46,983 bases of DNA, from positions 1-46,983 of the forward strand of contig JBOFKI010000095.1 in assembly GCA_051657245.1 (NCBI GenBank), written 5' to 3'. Below, one piece after another: positions 18,909-26,912 of this stretch. Both the position numbers and the translations under genes were made by a program. Position 1 is the first letter of the stretch; each line of letters begins with the position of its first letter. This stretch comes from Alphaproteobacteria bacterium. GTDB lineage: Bacteria; Pseudomonadota; Alphaproteobacteria; Holosporales; JBOFFI01. The notes below the pieces were generated by a model, which saw only the letters and a program-made list of their open reading frames with translations, did not search any database and was not told the DNA's origin.

Positions 18909-20693
18909 TTAAGCGTTCATCAACAATCGAGAGATGAGGTCGTTGTTGCTTCTTAAAATGTTGAAAACACCCATTAAGGATTGAAGATACATTTGGCAAA
19001 AAAGTAACGCCTGGATTTCATTTTGAATATTAGGTTGAGAAAAATTTTTGATGTCTTCTTCGAGAGCTTCAAAAAGACTTTTCTGGATTTCAAAAATAGA
19101 GACAGCTTTGTCCGTTTGAATCGCGAAATCTTCTATGATATTTTGAACATAATTCAAAAGGTTTTCTCCCTCAAACCTTTGAAGGAAACCTGCTTTTTCA
19201 AAGTCAATTTGCTTCTCAGATAAATCTTGCATCGCTTGGACTGTTTCTGCATCGCTTTTCTCAACAGCAAACCCATCTCCATAATCTGGGCCTGCTAGCT
19301 TTGAAAGGGTTCCACATTCAAAAAAATTTGGGTTGTCTCTATAGTAAGGATTAACGTCTAAAACATTTGCAATTCCAGCTGTTCGAACACCATTTAAAAA
19401 GTCTGGTGTTACGAAAAAATCTTGCAGCCCAATAAAATGGGAAAGAGAGAGCGTATTACCATCTGCTGTTTCAACGCTGGAGGGAGGATCAAGATCAACA
19501 ACGGCAATGCCGTAATTTTGATTTGTGCTTTCAAGCTGAACCTTATTTTCCAGCGTCATGGAGGCATTCATTGACGCAACGGCGTTAATGGCGTCAAGAA
19601 CACCTTGTAAGGTGCTGCAAGTGCTTAAATCAAGGTCTAAAACATCCCCAAATGCTTTGGTTGTCTTATCAATAGTTGCAATCCGAATGGTTCCTTGGGG
19701 ATTTGTCAACACCGTTGCAGCGCCGTCTGAGAAAATCTGAGTTCCTGTTTTTATGGATTGTAAATTATAGGAGGCCCCATTATTGTGATACGTGTTCATC
19801 CATTCCCGAAAAGCATAGGTAAATTCATCTAATTCAGCTTGGAGGTTGGGTAGTGTTTCATCCCGCATTTTTAAGAGATTGCCAAGGGTTCCTAGGCCAA
19901 GTTTCTTCAGATCATCTGAGACATCACAAATCTCAATTGCGATCCCACTTAAATTCGTTGATGAGGCCGAGATAAAGGAGGTGCTCTCAAAATGAATTTC
20001 TGCTATGAAATTATCATGTACAAGGAGGTGGCCGTCACAGTATAAGGAAAATCCGCCATTACGCTCGTTACATTCCACAATGGGCAAGTATTTCGAAATT
20101 TCAAACGCAACAGCATCTCTTTTGCTTTCAAGATCTAAAGGATTTTTATCATAAAGCAATTTGATTTGTTTGTTTAAATCTGCGTACTCTCTTAGATATG
20201 CCCTGAGCTCATCAATTTTTTTATAAATTTCCCAGTCAGTTTCTGCGCGAAGGGATTGTATTTTATTGGATATTTTTCTTAGCGATTCTGTAAGAGTTTG
20301 AGAACGGATAATAACGCCTTGGATTAATCCAATATCGTCAGGTCTTCTCGCCAAAGCATCCAAAGATGTGAAAACCTGGGTTAGGTAGTTTGATAGGTTA
20401 TTTTCTCCAGCAAACCTTCCCAATATGGGTTGAAATTTTTCAAAATAAAGTGCTGAGATCTGGGTTCCTTCAAATGAACTATTCTGCTTTTTATAAGCTT
20501 TATGGAGCTGTTCATCAACAGCTCGCTTAGGAATGGTACCACTAACACCTGTCGTTCTTCCGCTGGCTGTCACTGTTTTTCCTTGCATTTCGTGCCTACA
20601 AAAATCAGGGTCTTGCGCAGAAGCGGTGTTGATATTGTGTTCGTCTGAAAGCTTGGTTCCAAGCTTTAGACCTGTCGTAACGAGGGAAAACAT
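18909..20693 (-). CDS. flgK: flagellar hook-associated protein 1 (FlgK), divergent
   Basis: 594 aa. The N-terminus SLVTTGLKLGTKLSDEHNINTASAQDPDFCRHE can be aligned to the FlgK/rod N-terminal motif (GL.a....l.v.snNIANa.TpGYsRq). A C-terminal heptad region is present. Position between the flgN-like gene and flgL. Confidence 0.7.
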   Translation of the reverse strand: MFSLVTTGLKLGTKLSDEHNINTASAQDPDFCRHEMQGKTVTASGRTTGVSGTIPKRAVDEQLHKAYKKQNSSFEGTQISALYFEKFQPILGRFAGENNLSNYLTQVFTSLDALARRPDDIGLIQGVIIRSQTLTESLRKISNKIQSLRAETDWEIYKKIDELRAYLREYADLNKQIKLLYDKNPLDLESKRDAVAFEISKYLPIVECNERNGGFSLYCDGHLLVHDNFIAEIHFESTSFISASSTNLSGIAIEICDVSDDLKKLGLGTLGNLLKMRDETLPNLQAELDEFTYAFREWMNTYHNNGASYNLQSIKTGTQIFSDGAATVLTNPQGTIRIATIDKTTKAFGDVLDLDLSTCSTLQGVLDAINAVASMNASMTLENKVQLESTNQNYGIAVVDLDPPSSVETADGNTLSLSHFIGLQDFFVTPDFLNGVRTAGIANVLDVNPYYRDNPNFFECGTLSKLAGPDYGDGFAVEKSDAETVQAMQDLSEKQIDFEKAGFLQRFEGENLLNYVQNIIEDFAIQTDKAVSIFEIQKSLFEALEEDIKNFSQPNIQNEIQALLFCQMYLQSLMGVFNILRSNNDLISRLLMNA

Positions 20694-21122
20694 TTAAAAG
20701 CTCCTTTGAATTCCAAAAAAAGGGGAAGGGGGTGTTGAAGAACTCAAATTTCCAGATGAACTATATCTTGCTTCTTGGACGGGTTCTTTCATCAGTTCCA
20801 TGACAGATTCAAGTTGGGTTTGCTTGGACTCTAAGAAATGTTTAAGCAGCGTTTGATTCAATTCCGTTTGATCCGCAAAATAGGTAGAGTCTTGCGCCCA
20901 CGCCCGTTTTTCTTGAAGGCTCATCTCTTCAAAAGGTTGAGGATTTTTAACAAGCTCTTGCAATAGGTTTGCGTAAAATTGAAAAAGCTCTCTTTTTTTT
21001 GATTGAAGGCTCTCTAGACCTTTTAGCTTTTCCAGAGTTACCATCTGGTATTCTTCTTGAAAAATCTCCAAGATCTCTTTTTGTAGGCTGGATAATTTTT
21101 CAGGCAAGGTAAGCTTTTCCAT
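20694..21122 (-). CDS. FlgN-like flagellar export chaperone (tentative)
   Basis: 142 aa, all-helical and acidic, with a Leu/Glu/Gln heptad composition. Lies immediately upstream of flgK-flgL, where FlgN is typically encoded. The call rests on position and composition only. Confidence 0.35.
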   Translation of the reverse strand: MEKLTLPEKLSSLQKEILEIFQEEYQMVTLEKLKGLESLQSKKRELFQFYANLLQELVKNPQPFEEMSLQEKRAWAQDSTYFADQTELNQTLLKHFLESKQTQLESVMELMKEPVQEARYSSSGNLSSSTPPSPFFGIQRSF

Positions 21123-21127
21123 GGGGT

Positions 21128-21382
21128 CTATTTTCCTTGTTTGGTTAAATTCTCAGAAAATTCTTCAACAAAAGGCTCAAAGCTAGAAGATTCGGCCAAG
21201 GCTTTTCCCATCTCTTTAGACAGTACATAGGTGACGAAGGAGGCGTGCGGAGATGCGCCGAACAAGCCTTCTTCTTCAAAGCAATCAAAAAGAGGGCGAA
21301 TCATTTGAGCAAGCTGTCCACCTAGAAGATTTTCTGTTTTTTCATAAATAAGAGCTGGAGAAGGTGGGGTGACTGAAAGCAT
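21128..21382 (-). CDS. rod-binding protein (single-domain FlgJ-like, no muramidase domain)
   Basis: 84 aa. ...GGQLAQMIRPLFDCFEEEGLFGASPHASFVTYVLSKEMGKALAESSSF resembles the Rod-binding domain pattern (F...ml..M......fgg......y..ml.qqla..ia...g). Immediately downstream of flgI, as in many alphaproteobacteria. Confidence 0.55.
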   Translation of the reverse strand: MLSVTPPSPALIYEKTENLLGGQLAQMIRPLFDCFEEEGLFGASPHASFVTYVLSKEMGKALAESSSFEPFVEEFSENLTKQGK

Positions 21383-21383
21383 G

Positions 21384-22568
21384 TTAACGAACCTCTATTT
21401 GTGCTTGGAGTGCGCCAGAGGCGGCAATATTTTGGATGATGGTGATCATATCTCGTGGGCTCACCCCTAAGGCATTTAAACCATCTACAAGATCTTTAAG
21501 GGTTGTTTTACCTGGAAGAACCGTCATTTTACGGTCAGTTTCTTCATCAACAGAAATGGTGGAGCGCGGGGTTACAACCGTTCTGCCACCAGAGAGTATG
21601 CCATCGGGCTGTGACACGTCTTTTTCTTCATCGATACGAATGGTCAGGTTGCCGTGGGCAACAGCAACGGTGCTGATTCGGACATTCTCTCCCATAACGA
21701 TAATGCCGTTTTGCTCATCAATGATCACTTTTGCAACGGTATCTGGTTGGATAGCGAGTTGTTCGATGCTGGCGATAAATGCGGAAGGGTGGTTATATTG
21801 AGAGGGAACACTCACTGAAACCGTTGATGGATCAACAGCTTTAGCAACAAAGGCACCTTCTTTTGCATTAATGGCGCTGGCAACACGTTGAGCTGTTGTA
21901 AAATCTGGATTTTTGAGGGCTAGCCTAAAAGATTTTTGGCCAGACAAATCATGGGGAATTTCCCGCTCTACGATAGCGCCTCCAGGGATGACACCACTCG
22001 TGGGGACTCCTTTGGTAACAGAGCTTCCAGATTGCCCTTGGGCTGAGAACCCACCTGTTGAAACAGGCCCTTGGGAAACAGCATATACTTCGCCATCAGC
22101 GCCTAACAAGGGGGTGACGAGCAGTATTCCGCCATTAAGGCTTTTAGCATCTCCCATGGCAGAGATGCTTGAATCGATGCGAGACCCATGTCTTGAAAAA
22201 GCTGGCAAAGTGGCTGTCACCATCACGGCTGCAACATTTTTTGTTTTCATTTTAAGCATCTGGTCTCGGGTATTAATCCCAAGACGCTCCAGCATGGAGA
22301 CAAGGCTTTCCCTTGTGAAAGGGGATCCATTCAAGCTGTCTCCTGTGCCGTTTAGCCCCACAACCAGGCCATAGCCGACGAGCAAGTTCTCCCGGACACC
22401 TTCAAAATTAAGAATATCTTTGAGGCGTACGCTGGGTCGTATGGGTTGGAGGGGCTTATTTTCTGCTTGGGGTTGCGCTATGAGCACCCATTGAATCAAC
22501 GCTGCCCATAAGAAGACGCTGCGAAAAAAGCCCGTAGAAAGAGAGCGGTTTAAAAATTTGGCACCCAT
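21384..22568 (-). CDS. flgI: flagellar P-ring protein FlgI
   Basis: RLKDILNFEGVRENLLVGYGLVVGLNGTGDS is the FlgI signature, with similarity across the full length. The start is uncertain. The Met at 22568 gives a signal peptide MGAKFLNRSL...LIAQPQA. The track start at 22619 would run through a perfect 14-bp hairpin. Confidence 0.93.
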   Translation of the reverse strand: MGAKFLNRSLSTGFFRSVFLWAALIQWVLIAQPQAENKPLQPIRPSVRLKDILNFEGVRENLLVGYGLVVGLNGTGDSLNGSPFTRESLVSMLERLGINTRDQMLKMKTKNVAAVMVTATLPAFSRHGSRIDSSISAMGDAKSLNGGILLVTPLLGADGEVYAVSQGPVSTGGFSAQGQSGSSVTKGVPTSGVIPGGAIVEREIPHDLSGQKSFRLALKNPDFTTAQRVASAINAKEGAFVAKAVDPSTVSVSVPSQYNHPSAFIASIEQLAIQPDTVAKVIIDEQNGIIVMGENVRISTVAVAHGNLTIRIDEEKDVSQPDGILSGGRTVVTPRSTISVDEETDRKMTVLPGKTTLKDLVDGLNALGVSPRDMITIIQNIAASGALQAQIEVR

Positions 22569-22603
22569 GACGTTCCCATATCTCATTGAATTTTGAGCTT
22601 TTT

Positions 22604-22637
22604 GGAATGCTCTAGGCACAAGAGCCTAGAGCATTCC
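22604..22637. repeat. perfect 14-bp inverted repeat (GGAATGCTCTAGGC-acaaga-GCCTAGAGCATTCC)
   Basis: Read directly from the sequence, between the amidase stop (22656) and the flgI start. On the transcribed (minus) strand it is followed by an A-run rather than a U-run, so it is not a canonical intrinsic terminator. Confidence 0.7.
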
Positions 22638-22655
22638 AGAACGTATATGCGATTT

Positions 22656-23600
22656 TTATGCCAGATAAAAATGTTGAGGCCTTACCGTTTTGGAAGTGCC
22701 TTGGTTCAATGCTTCCATACGGTGGTATTTCGCAACCAAACCCCAAATCCAGAACATATCTTTTTCGTCTGGGGCGTTTCCAATGTGCTCTGGAGATTGA
22801 TTTTTGGAAAAATGAGCCTGAAAAGCCCTAAGGCTTGGCATTAACGCTTGCCATTCCCCCGTTTCTGGAACAGCATACCCATAGGCTTTGAGATAGGTTG
22901 CTAAAAATTCAAGGTCAGGTTCTTCGGGTAGCTGCTCACGGGGATGATATTTCTGTCTAATGGCCTCAGGGGTTTGCTCATCAGCTGAAAGCCAAGCGCC
23001 CACACCATACTGTTCATAAAGAAGCCCCCAAGGAAACAGAGGCCCTGGGTCTTGTTTGCGGGATGGGGCGATATCTTCATGTCCTATAACGCAGGTAGGG
23101 TTGACGTTATACGCTTGAACGATTTTTTGAGATAAGCTTCCCAGGGTTTTAATTTGGTGAGGGTCAAAAGGAATCCAATTTTTGGTCCTGTCTATACCTA
23201 AATTAACCAGCTCAACACCGATGGAGGTATCATTTAGACCCTCTGTTTCTTGCCAGCTGCTGATGCCGGCGTGCCAGGCTCTTTTAGCTTCTGGAACAAC
23301 CTGGACTAAGGTTCCACCGATGACAGGGGGCGTTTCTGTTTCTGTGATAACATAATGAGCGCTGACGCGGTTAGATATTGCGTCCCGTGTCATAGTTATC
23401 AGAGAATCTAGAAGGTTTTCAGCGGTGTAATGGAGAACCAGTTGTTTGATCTGACCTCCCTGGGGGCGGTCATTAAAATGGTTGCGGTTGGGTTGGTCTG
23501 AAAAATAAGGAACGCTATAGCCTGGTAAGTTTTGCTCACGGTGGAGGGCTATTTGTGTTGCTTTGAAAACATAATCTTGGAAATCATCTTGACTATCCAT
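22656..23600 (-). CDS. N-acetylmuramoyl-L-alanine amidase (Amidase_2, AmpD/AmiD-like) with a probable C-terminal PG-binding domain
   Basis: 314 aa. LVLHYTA...SAHYVI...AWHAGISSW...GVELVN...GHEDIAPSRKQDPGPLFPW are Amidase_2 motifs. The C-terminal YLKAYGY...LRAFQAHF resembles PG_binding_1. No obvious signal peptide. Confidence 0.85.
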   Translation of the reverse strand: MDSQDDFQDYVFKATQIALHREQNLPGYSVPYFSDQPNRNHFNDRPQGGQIKQLVLHYTAENLLDSLITMTRDAISNRVSAHYVITETETPPVIGGTLVQVVPEAKRAWHAGISSWQETEGLNDTSIGVELVNLGIDRTKNWIPFDPHQIKTLGSLSQKIVQAYNVNPTCVIGHEDIAPSRKQDPGPLFPWGLLYEQYGVGAWLSADEQTPEAIRQKYHPREQLPEEPDLEFLATYLKAYGYAVPETGEWQALMPSLRAFQAHFSKNQSPEHIGNAPDEKDMFWIWGLVAKYHRMEALNQGTSKTVRPQHFYLA

Positions 23601-23628
23601 ATATAAATTGTCCCCCTTAAAGCTTGGT

Positions 23629-23907
23629 TTATAAAGAAAGTGTTAGAGCATGGAGCCCCCGGGTTTTAAAAAGGTCTTCCACCACAGCATGGACCTTTCG
23701 GTGGCGTTCTAACCGGGATAAAGGAAACAGAATTTCTGCTTCCATGGTGATGGAAAAATGGGTCTCACCCGTGGCTTCCTCGATGACAAGATGTCCTGCA
23801 TGGAGGTGAGATTTATTCTCAATTTGAAGGAAGGTGGGCAAAAAAGCTGATTCCAGGCGCCAACGCAAAATTTGCTCAAGGCTGGCCTCAGTTTCAAATC
23901 GTTCCAT
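23629..23907 (-). CDS. BolA-family protein
   Basis: 92 aa. IENKSHLHAGH...ETHFSITMEAEILFPLSRLERHRKVHAVV fits the BolA signature (v.d.S..H.gH....sHF.v.ivs..F.g.s.v.rHr.Vy). Confidence 0.8.
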   Translation of the reverse strand: MERFETEASLEQILRWRLESAFLPTFLQIENKSHLHAGHLVIEEATGETHFSITMEAEILFPLSRLERHRKVHAVVEDLFKTRGLHALTLSL

Positions 23908-23986
23908 AGATGTTCCTCAAAAAGAAAACGCCCCAGTATAAAAATCCCAAAGCGTCCTTTAATTTTCTAGAAAATCTCAGATTTCG

Positions 23987-24745
23987 TCAAGTCCCTACGT
24001 TCTGAAGACGATTTTTAGGTTTTCCGGAAGTTACAGAAGAAGAAGCTACACTAACATACTCAGGGGTTGAAGCGGGGTCTCGAAGGACATAACCACGCCC
24101 CCACACGGTTTCAATATAATTTTCCCCACCAAGCGCATCTCCCAACTTTTTCCGGAGTTTGCAAACAAACACGTCAATAATTTTCAGCTCAGGTTCATCC
24201 ATACCGCCGTAAAGGTGATTGAGGAAAATTTCTTTGCTGAGGGTTGAGCCTTTGCGTAAGACCAGCAGTTCCAAAATCCCGTATTCTTTTCCTGTAAGCT
24301 TTAATGGAACTCCATCAACATCTGCCATACGTGTTTGAAGGTTTACAGTTAGACGACCCGTCCGGATGATAGATTCTGCATGTCCTTTAGATCTGCGAAC
24401 GATGGCTTGGATGCGAGCCAAAAGCTCCGCCTTATTAAAAGGCTTGGTGAGGTAATCATCAGCACCAAACCCGAGGCTTTTAATCTTATCCGAAACTTCT
24501 TGGCGGCCTGAAAGAATCAAGATCGGTGTTGAAACGTTGGAACTTCTTAAGCGGCGCAGAACATCGTGGCCGTCCATATCTGGCAGCGTTAAATCAAGCA
24601 GGATGATGTCATAATCGTACAGCTTCCCGATTTCCAGACCGTCCTCTCCCATATCCGTTGTGTCGCATACAAATCCCTCAGTTTTAAGGGCAAGTTCAAT
24701 GGTTTTCGCAGTCGGTGTATCGTCTTCAACTAGAAGGACTCTCAT
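23987..24745 (-). CDS. ctrA: cell-cycle response regulator CtrA (OmpR family)
   Basis: 252 aa, colinear and highly similar to Caulobacter CtrA as recalled: MRVLL(I/V)EDD...TIEL.LK.EGF...TD.GE.G...GK.YDYD.ILLDL.LPDM.G.DVLR.LR...TPI.ILSG...[24 protein letters not shown]...VNL......V.G....[45 protein letters not shown]...[14 protein letters not shown]. Confidence 0.94.
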   Translation of the reverse strand: MRVLLVEDDTPTAKTIELALKTEGFVCDTTDMGEDGLEIGKLYDYDIILLDLTLPDMDGHDVLRRLRSSNVSTPILILSGRQEVSDKIKSLGFGADDYLTKPFNKAELLARIQAIVRRSKGHAESIIRTGRLTVNLQTRMADVDGVPLKLTGKEYGILELLVLRKGSTLSKEIFLNHLYGGMDEPELKIIDVFVCKLRKKLGDALGGENYIETVWGRGYVLRDPASTPEYVSVASSSVTSGKPKNRLQNVGT

Positions 24746-25467
24746 CCCCTGTACTCCTTATTATTATTTATAGTTAATATCTATTAAAGCACATTTTTTC
24801 GACAACGTTAAGTGAAAAAACTAGCGAAGCATAAAACCGTTTCCGATGAGACGCAAAAAATAAAATTTAATTCTTTGAAAACTAGATATTTTTTTTATCT
24901 TTTTTGCTTTGTTGAGACTTTCTTCTTCCCAGATTTTTGCGCAATTGCACAGCTTGTTTCTGAGAAAGTGTTTGGAAAGATATGTACGTTTCGGAGTCTG
25001 ATGAAATTTTTTCGTTGTCTTTTTTGCAACAAAGGGGCGCTTCTCGGGAGGCCTCTTCCTTTCCTACAGATTCAGATTTTGCCCCAAATACATTCTGACT
25101 ATCTAATTCTTTTTTGTGACTCATCGGCATTTCTTTCTGGTTGTGAAAGTTTCCAAAGGGTAATCTTGAAAATTATAGCAAGCCTTGGATAAATTTGTTA
25201 CAGCTTTTGTCTAAATGCTCTACGTGCCTTGGAAAAAAGATATGCCCCCTTGTGTCATCCCCGCTTTCCGTATTGTCTTTCGGATGGTTATTGTACAATT
25301 ATTCTACTGGAGCCGCGTCTTGGGGACATCGTCATCTGGTTCTATTATATGCGTAAAGCCAGGGCTTGTGCCGCTTCGAAACGTTGAGATGTAGCGCCGC
25401 CACCCACCCAAGGTCGCTGTGCGTTACACCCCAGCGCTTCACCGCTGCCATTCTCACGTCTTTTTTT

Positions 25468-25605
25468 GTCATCCCCGCGGCGGCGGGGATCCAGAAAAAC
25501 CCCCTCAAAAGCTTAAAAAATGCCCCAGAACTTAAAAGCTGCAGCTTAGGGAAAACAGGCATGCAGAGGCGTTGAAGCCTGGATCCCCGCCGCCGCGGGG
25601 ATGAC
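25468..25605. repeat. 138-bp unit bounded by two REP-like elements that are exact 27-bp reverse complements of each other
   Basis: GTCATCCCCGCGGCGGCGGGGATCCAG (25468-25494) and CTGGATCCCCGCCGCCGCGGGGATGAC (25579-25605) are perfect inverted copies flanking an 84-bp spacer. Half-copies lie at 25254-25264 and 25768-25780. A degenerate relative may lie at about 34769-34795. Confidence 0.8.
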
Positions 25606-25814
25606 AGAAAGGGTCGGGGAATTTTTTGATATTTAAGGAGAGCTACAGCGTACTTTTAGGCGTTCAAGCCTTATCGCAGACATCTATCATCTCTATGGGT
25701 TAAAGTGTCGATTCCTAATTTTACTCCGTAGCTTTCCGATAGGCAACCACCTGAGATAAAACACAGAGGCGGGGATGACAAAAGGGGGAGAGGGGAAGGA
25801 CACAAGGTCTAATA

Positions 25815-25957
25815 GACCTCTTGTCGAATCCTTTTATGGGCCGATGGGTGCGTCACTCCGGTGCTCAGATCCTCATGTACCCTAAGTACATTCCGGTCTT
25901 GCGCTCCGTTAGTTCCTGCCCCTCAGTTCGCCTCAAAAGTGGTTTCGACAAGAGGTC
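25815..25957. repeat. MITE-like or structured-RNA-like element, copy 1 (about 143 bp, 17-bp terminal inverted repeats)
   Basis: Starts GACCTCTTGTCGAATCC and ends GGTTTCGACAAGAGGTC, a 17-bp TIR with one mismatch. Central hairpin ATGTAC-cctaa-GTACAT. Matches 40020-40166 closely at both ends, with the differences in the middle (by-eye alignment). Intergenic. Confidence 0.7.
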
Positions 25958-26192
25958 TAATGAAAAAACATTTTCTTTTGGAAGGGGAGAACCTCGAAAC
26001 AGATCCCATCTTGCTTGCGCTAAGGACGGACCCCTTTGCGAGCCAAGAGGGATTTTTGAACCTTATCATTCAAAATCTTCTCTTGAAAGATTGGGCTTTT
26101 TTTAGGTATAAGAGGCGTAGGGGCAGTGGAACAGGATGCAGGGTTGTTTTTGTTTCTGGTATTGATGGGTACACTGGGATTTATGAGGTTGG

Positions 26193-26828
26193 ATGCTGTT
26201 ACATCATTATTCGAACGCGGTTTCTTGTAAGATCAATGCTTACCAAGAAAAGGTGCTATTTTTCAAACGCTGGTTGGATAAGCCCTTTCAGCTGGGGGCC
26301 CTTTTCCCAAGCTCGAAAGTGCTGGCCAGGGCTATTGCACAACATGTGGTTCGCGAACAGCTTCAAGAGAGAGAATATATTCTGGAAATTGGTTCAGGAA
26401 CAGGCAGTTTTACACAAGCGCTTCTAGACGCAGGGGTAGAACCTCACCGGTTGATCTGTGTTGAAGTTGACCAACAGTTGTATGAATATATGAAGCGTCG
26501 CTTCCCTAAAGTTCACGTAATTTGGGGGAATGCATGCCAGCTTAGGCAGTTGCTACCTGAGCATTTGCATCAAAATATTGCATTGGTTCTGTCAGGCATC
26601 CCCATGATGAGTGTTCCTTCCATGATTCGAGATGATATTATCGAGGGCTGCTTTCACGTTCTAAAGCCAGGGGGTAAGATTTTTCAATTTACTTACAGCC
26701 CTTTTTCTTCCCTCTCTTCAAAAAGTTATCGTCTCAAGCAACAGCGCTTAGGTACTGTTTTCAGAAATTTTCCTCCTGCGACCGTTTGGTCCTATGAACG
26801 CCAGGGGATTTTCAAGCTAACGGCTTGA
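26193..26828 (+). CDS. class I SAM-dependent methyltransferase, phospholipid N-methyltransferase-like (COG3963/PmtA-type)
   Basis: FFKRWLDKPFQLGALFPSSKVLARAI is the conserved N-terminal motif of this family (FL..wl..P...GA..PSS..La). SAM motif I is ILEIGSGTGSFTQALL. The substrate is inferred only. Confidence 0.68.
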   Translation: MLLHHYSNAVSCKINAYQEKVLFFKRWLDKPFQLGALFPSSKVLARAIAQHVVREQLQEREYILEIGSGTGSFTQALLDAGVEPHRLICVEVDQQLYEYMKRRFPKVHVIWGNACQLRQLLPEHLHQNIALVLSGIPMMSVPSMIRDDIIEGCFHVLKPGGKIFQFTYSPFSSLSSKSYRLKQQRLGTVFRNFPPATVWSYERQGIFKLTA

Positions 26829-26912
26829 TTTTATTTTAATTTTTTTATTTTTTTTTAAGAATTCCTGTGAGAAAACTATAACTACATAAAATTTTGAAAG
26901 GTCTTCAGGAAA

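Noticed and set aside
22604-22620. GG-N10-GC spacing (TGGAATGCTCTAGGC on the minus strand) inside the palindrome as a sigma-54 promoter for flgI
   Set aside because: It matches only 4/6 at the -24 box and 2/4 at the -12 box. The match is a by-product of the palindrome.
24773-24787. CtrA-box-like GTTAA-TATCTA-TTAA upstream of ctrA
   Set aside because: The spacing is N6, not the N7 of TTAA-N7-TTAAC. It also lies only about 30-40 nt from the ATG, leaving no room for a promoter plus 5' UTR. It is mentioned in findings only as a caveat.
24812-25192. 126-aa plus-strand ORF and the overlapping 82-aa minus-strand ORF (24882-25130)
   Set aside because: The plus-strand product is Phe/Cys/Leu-rich and non-protein-like. 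The minus-strand product is hydrophilic and Lys/Ser-rich with only a weak RBS and no motif. Neither is listed as a feature, although the 82-aa ORF might be real.
25332-25575. ORFs 25332-25562(-) and 25366-25575(+)
   Set aside because: Both read through the REP-like palindrome (FWIPAAAGMTKK and FFVIPAAAGIQKNP) and overlap each other. I also tested the region for a decayed GIY-YIG nuclease gene, which often accompanies such repeats, and found no supporting frame.
25821-26427. ORFs 25821-26105(+) and 25861-26427(+), plus 39900-40121(+) and 40109-40324(+)
   Set aside because: They start inside the 145-bp repeated element. The same peptide, SNPFMGRWV, appears at both copies. One runs out of frame into the methyltransferase gene.
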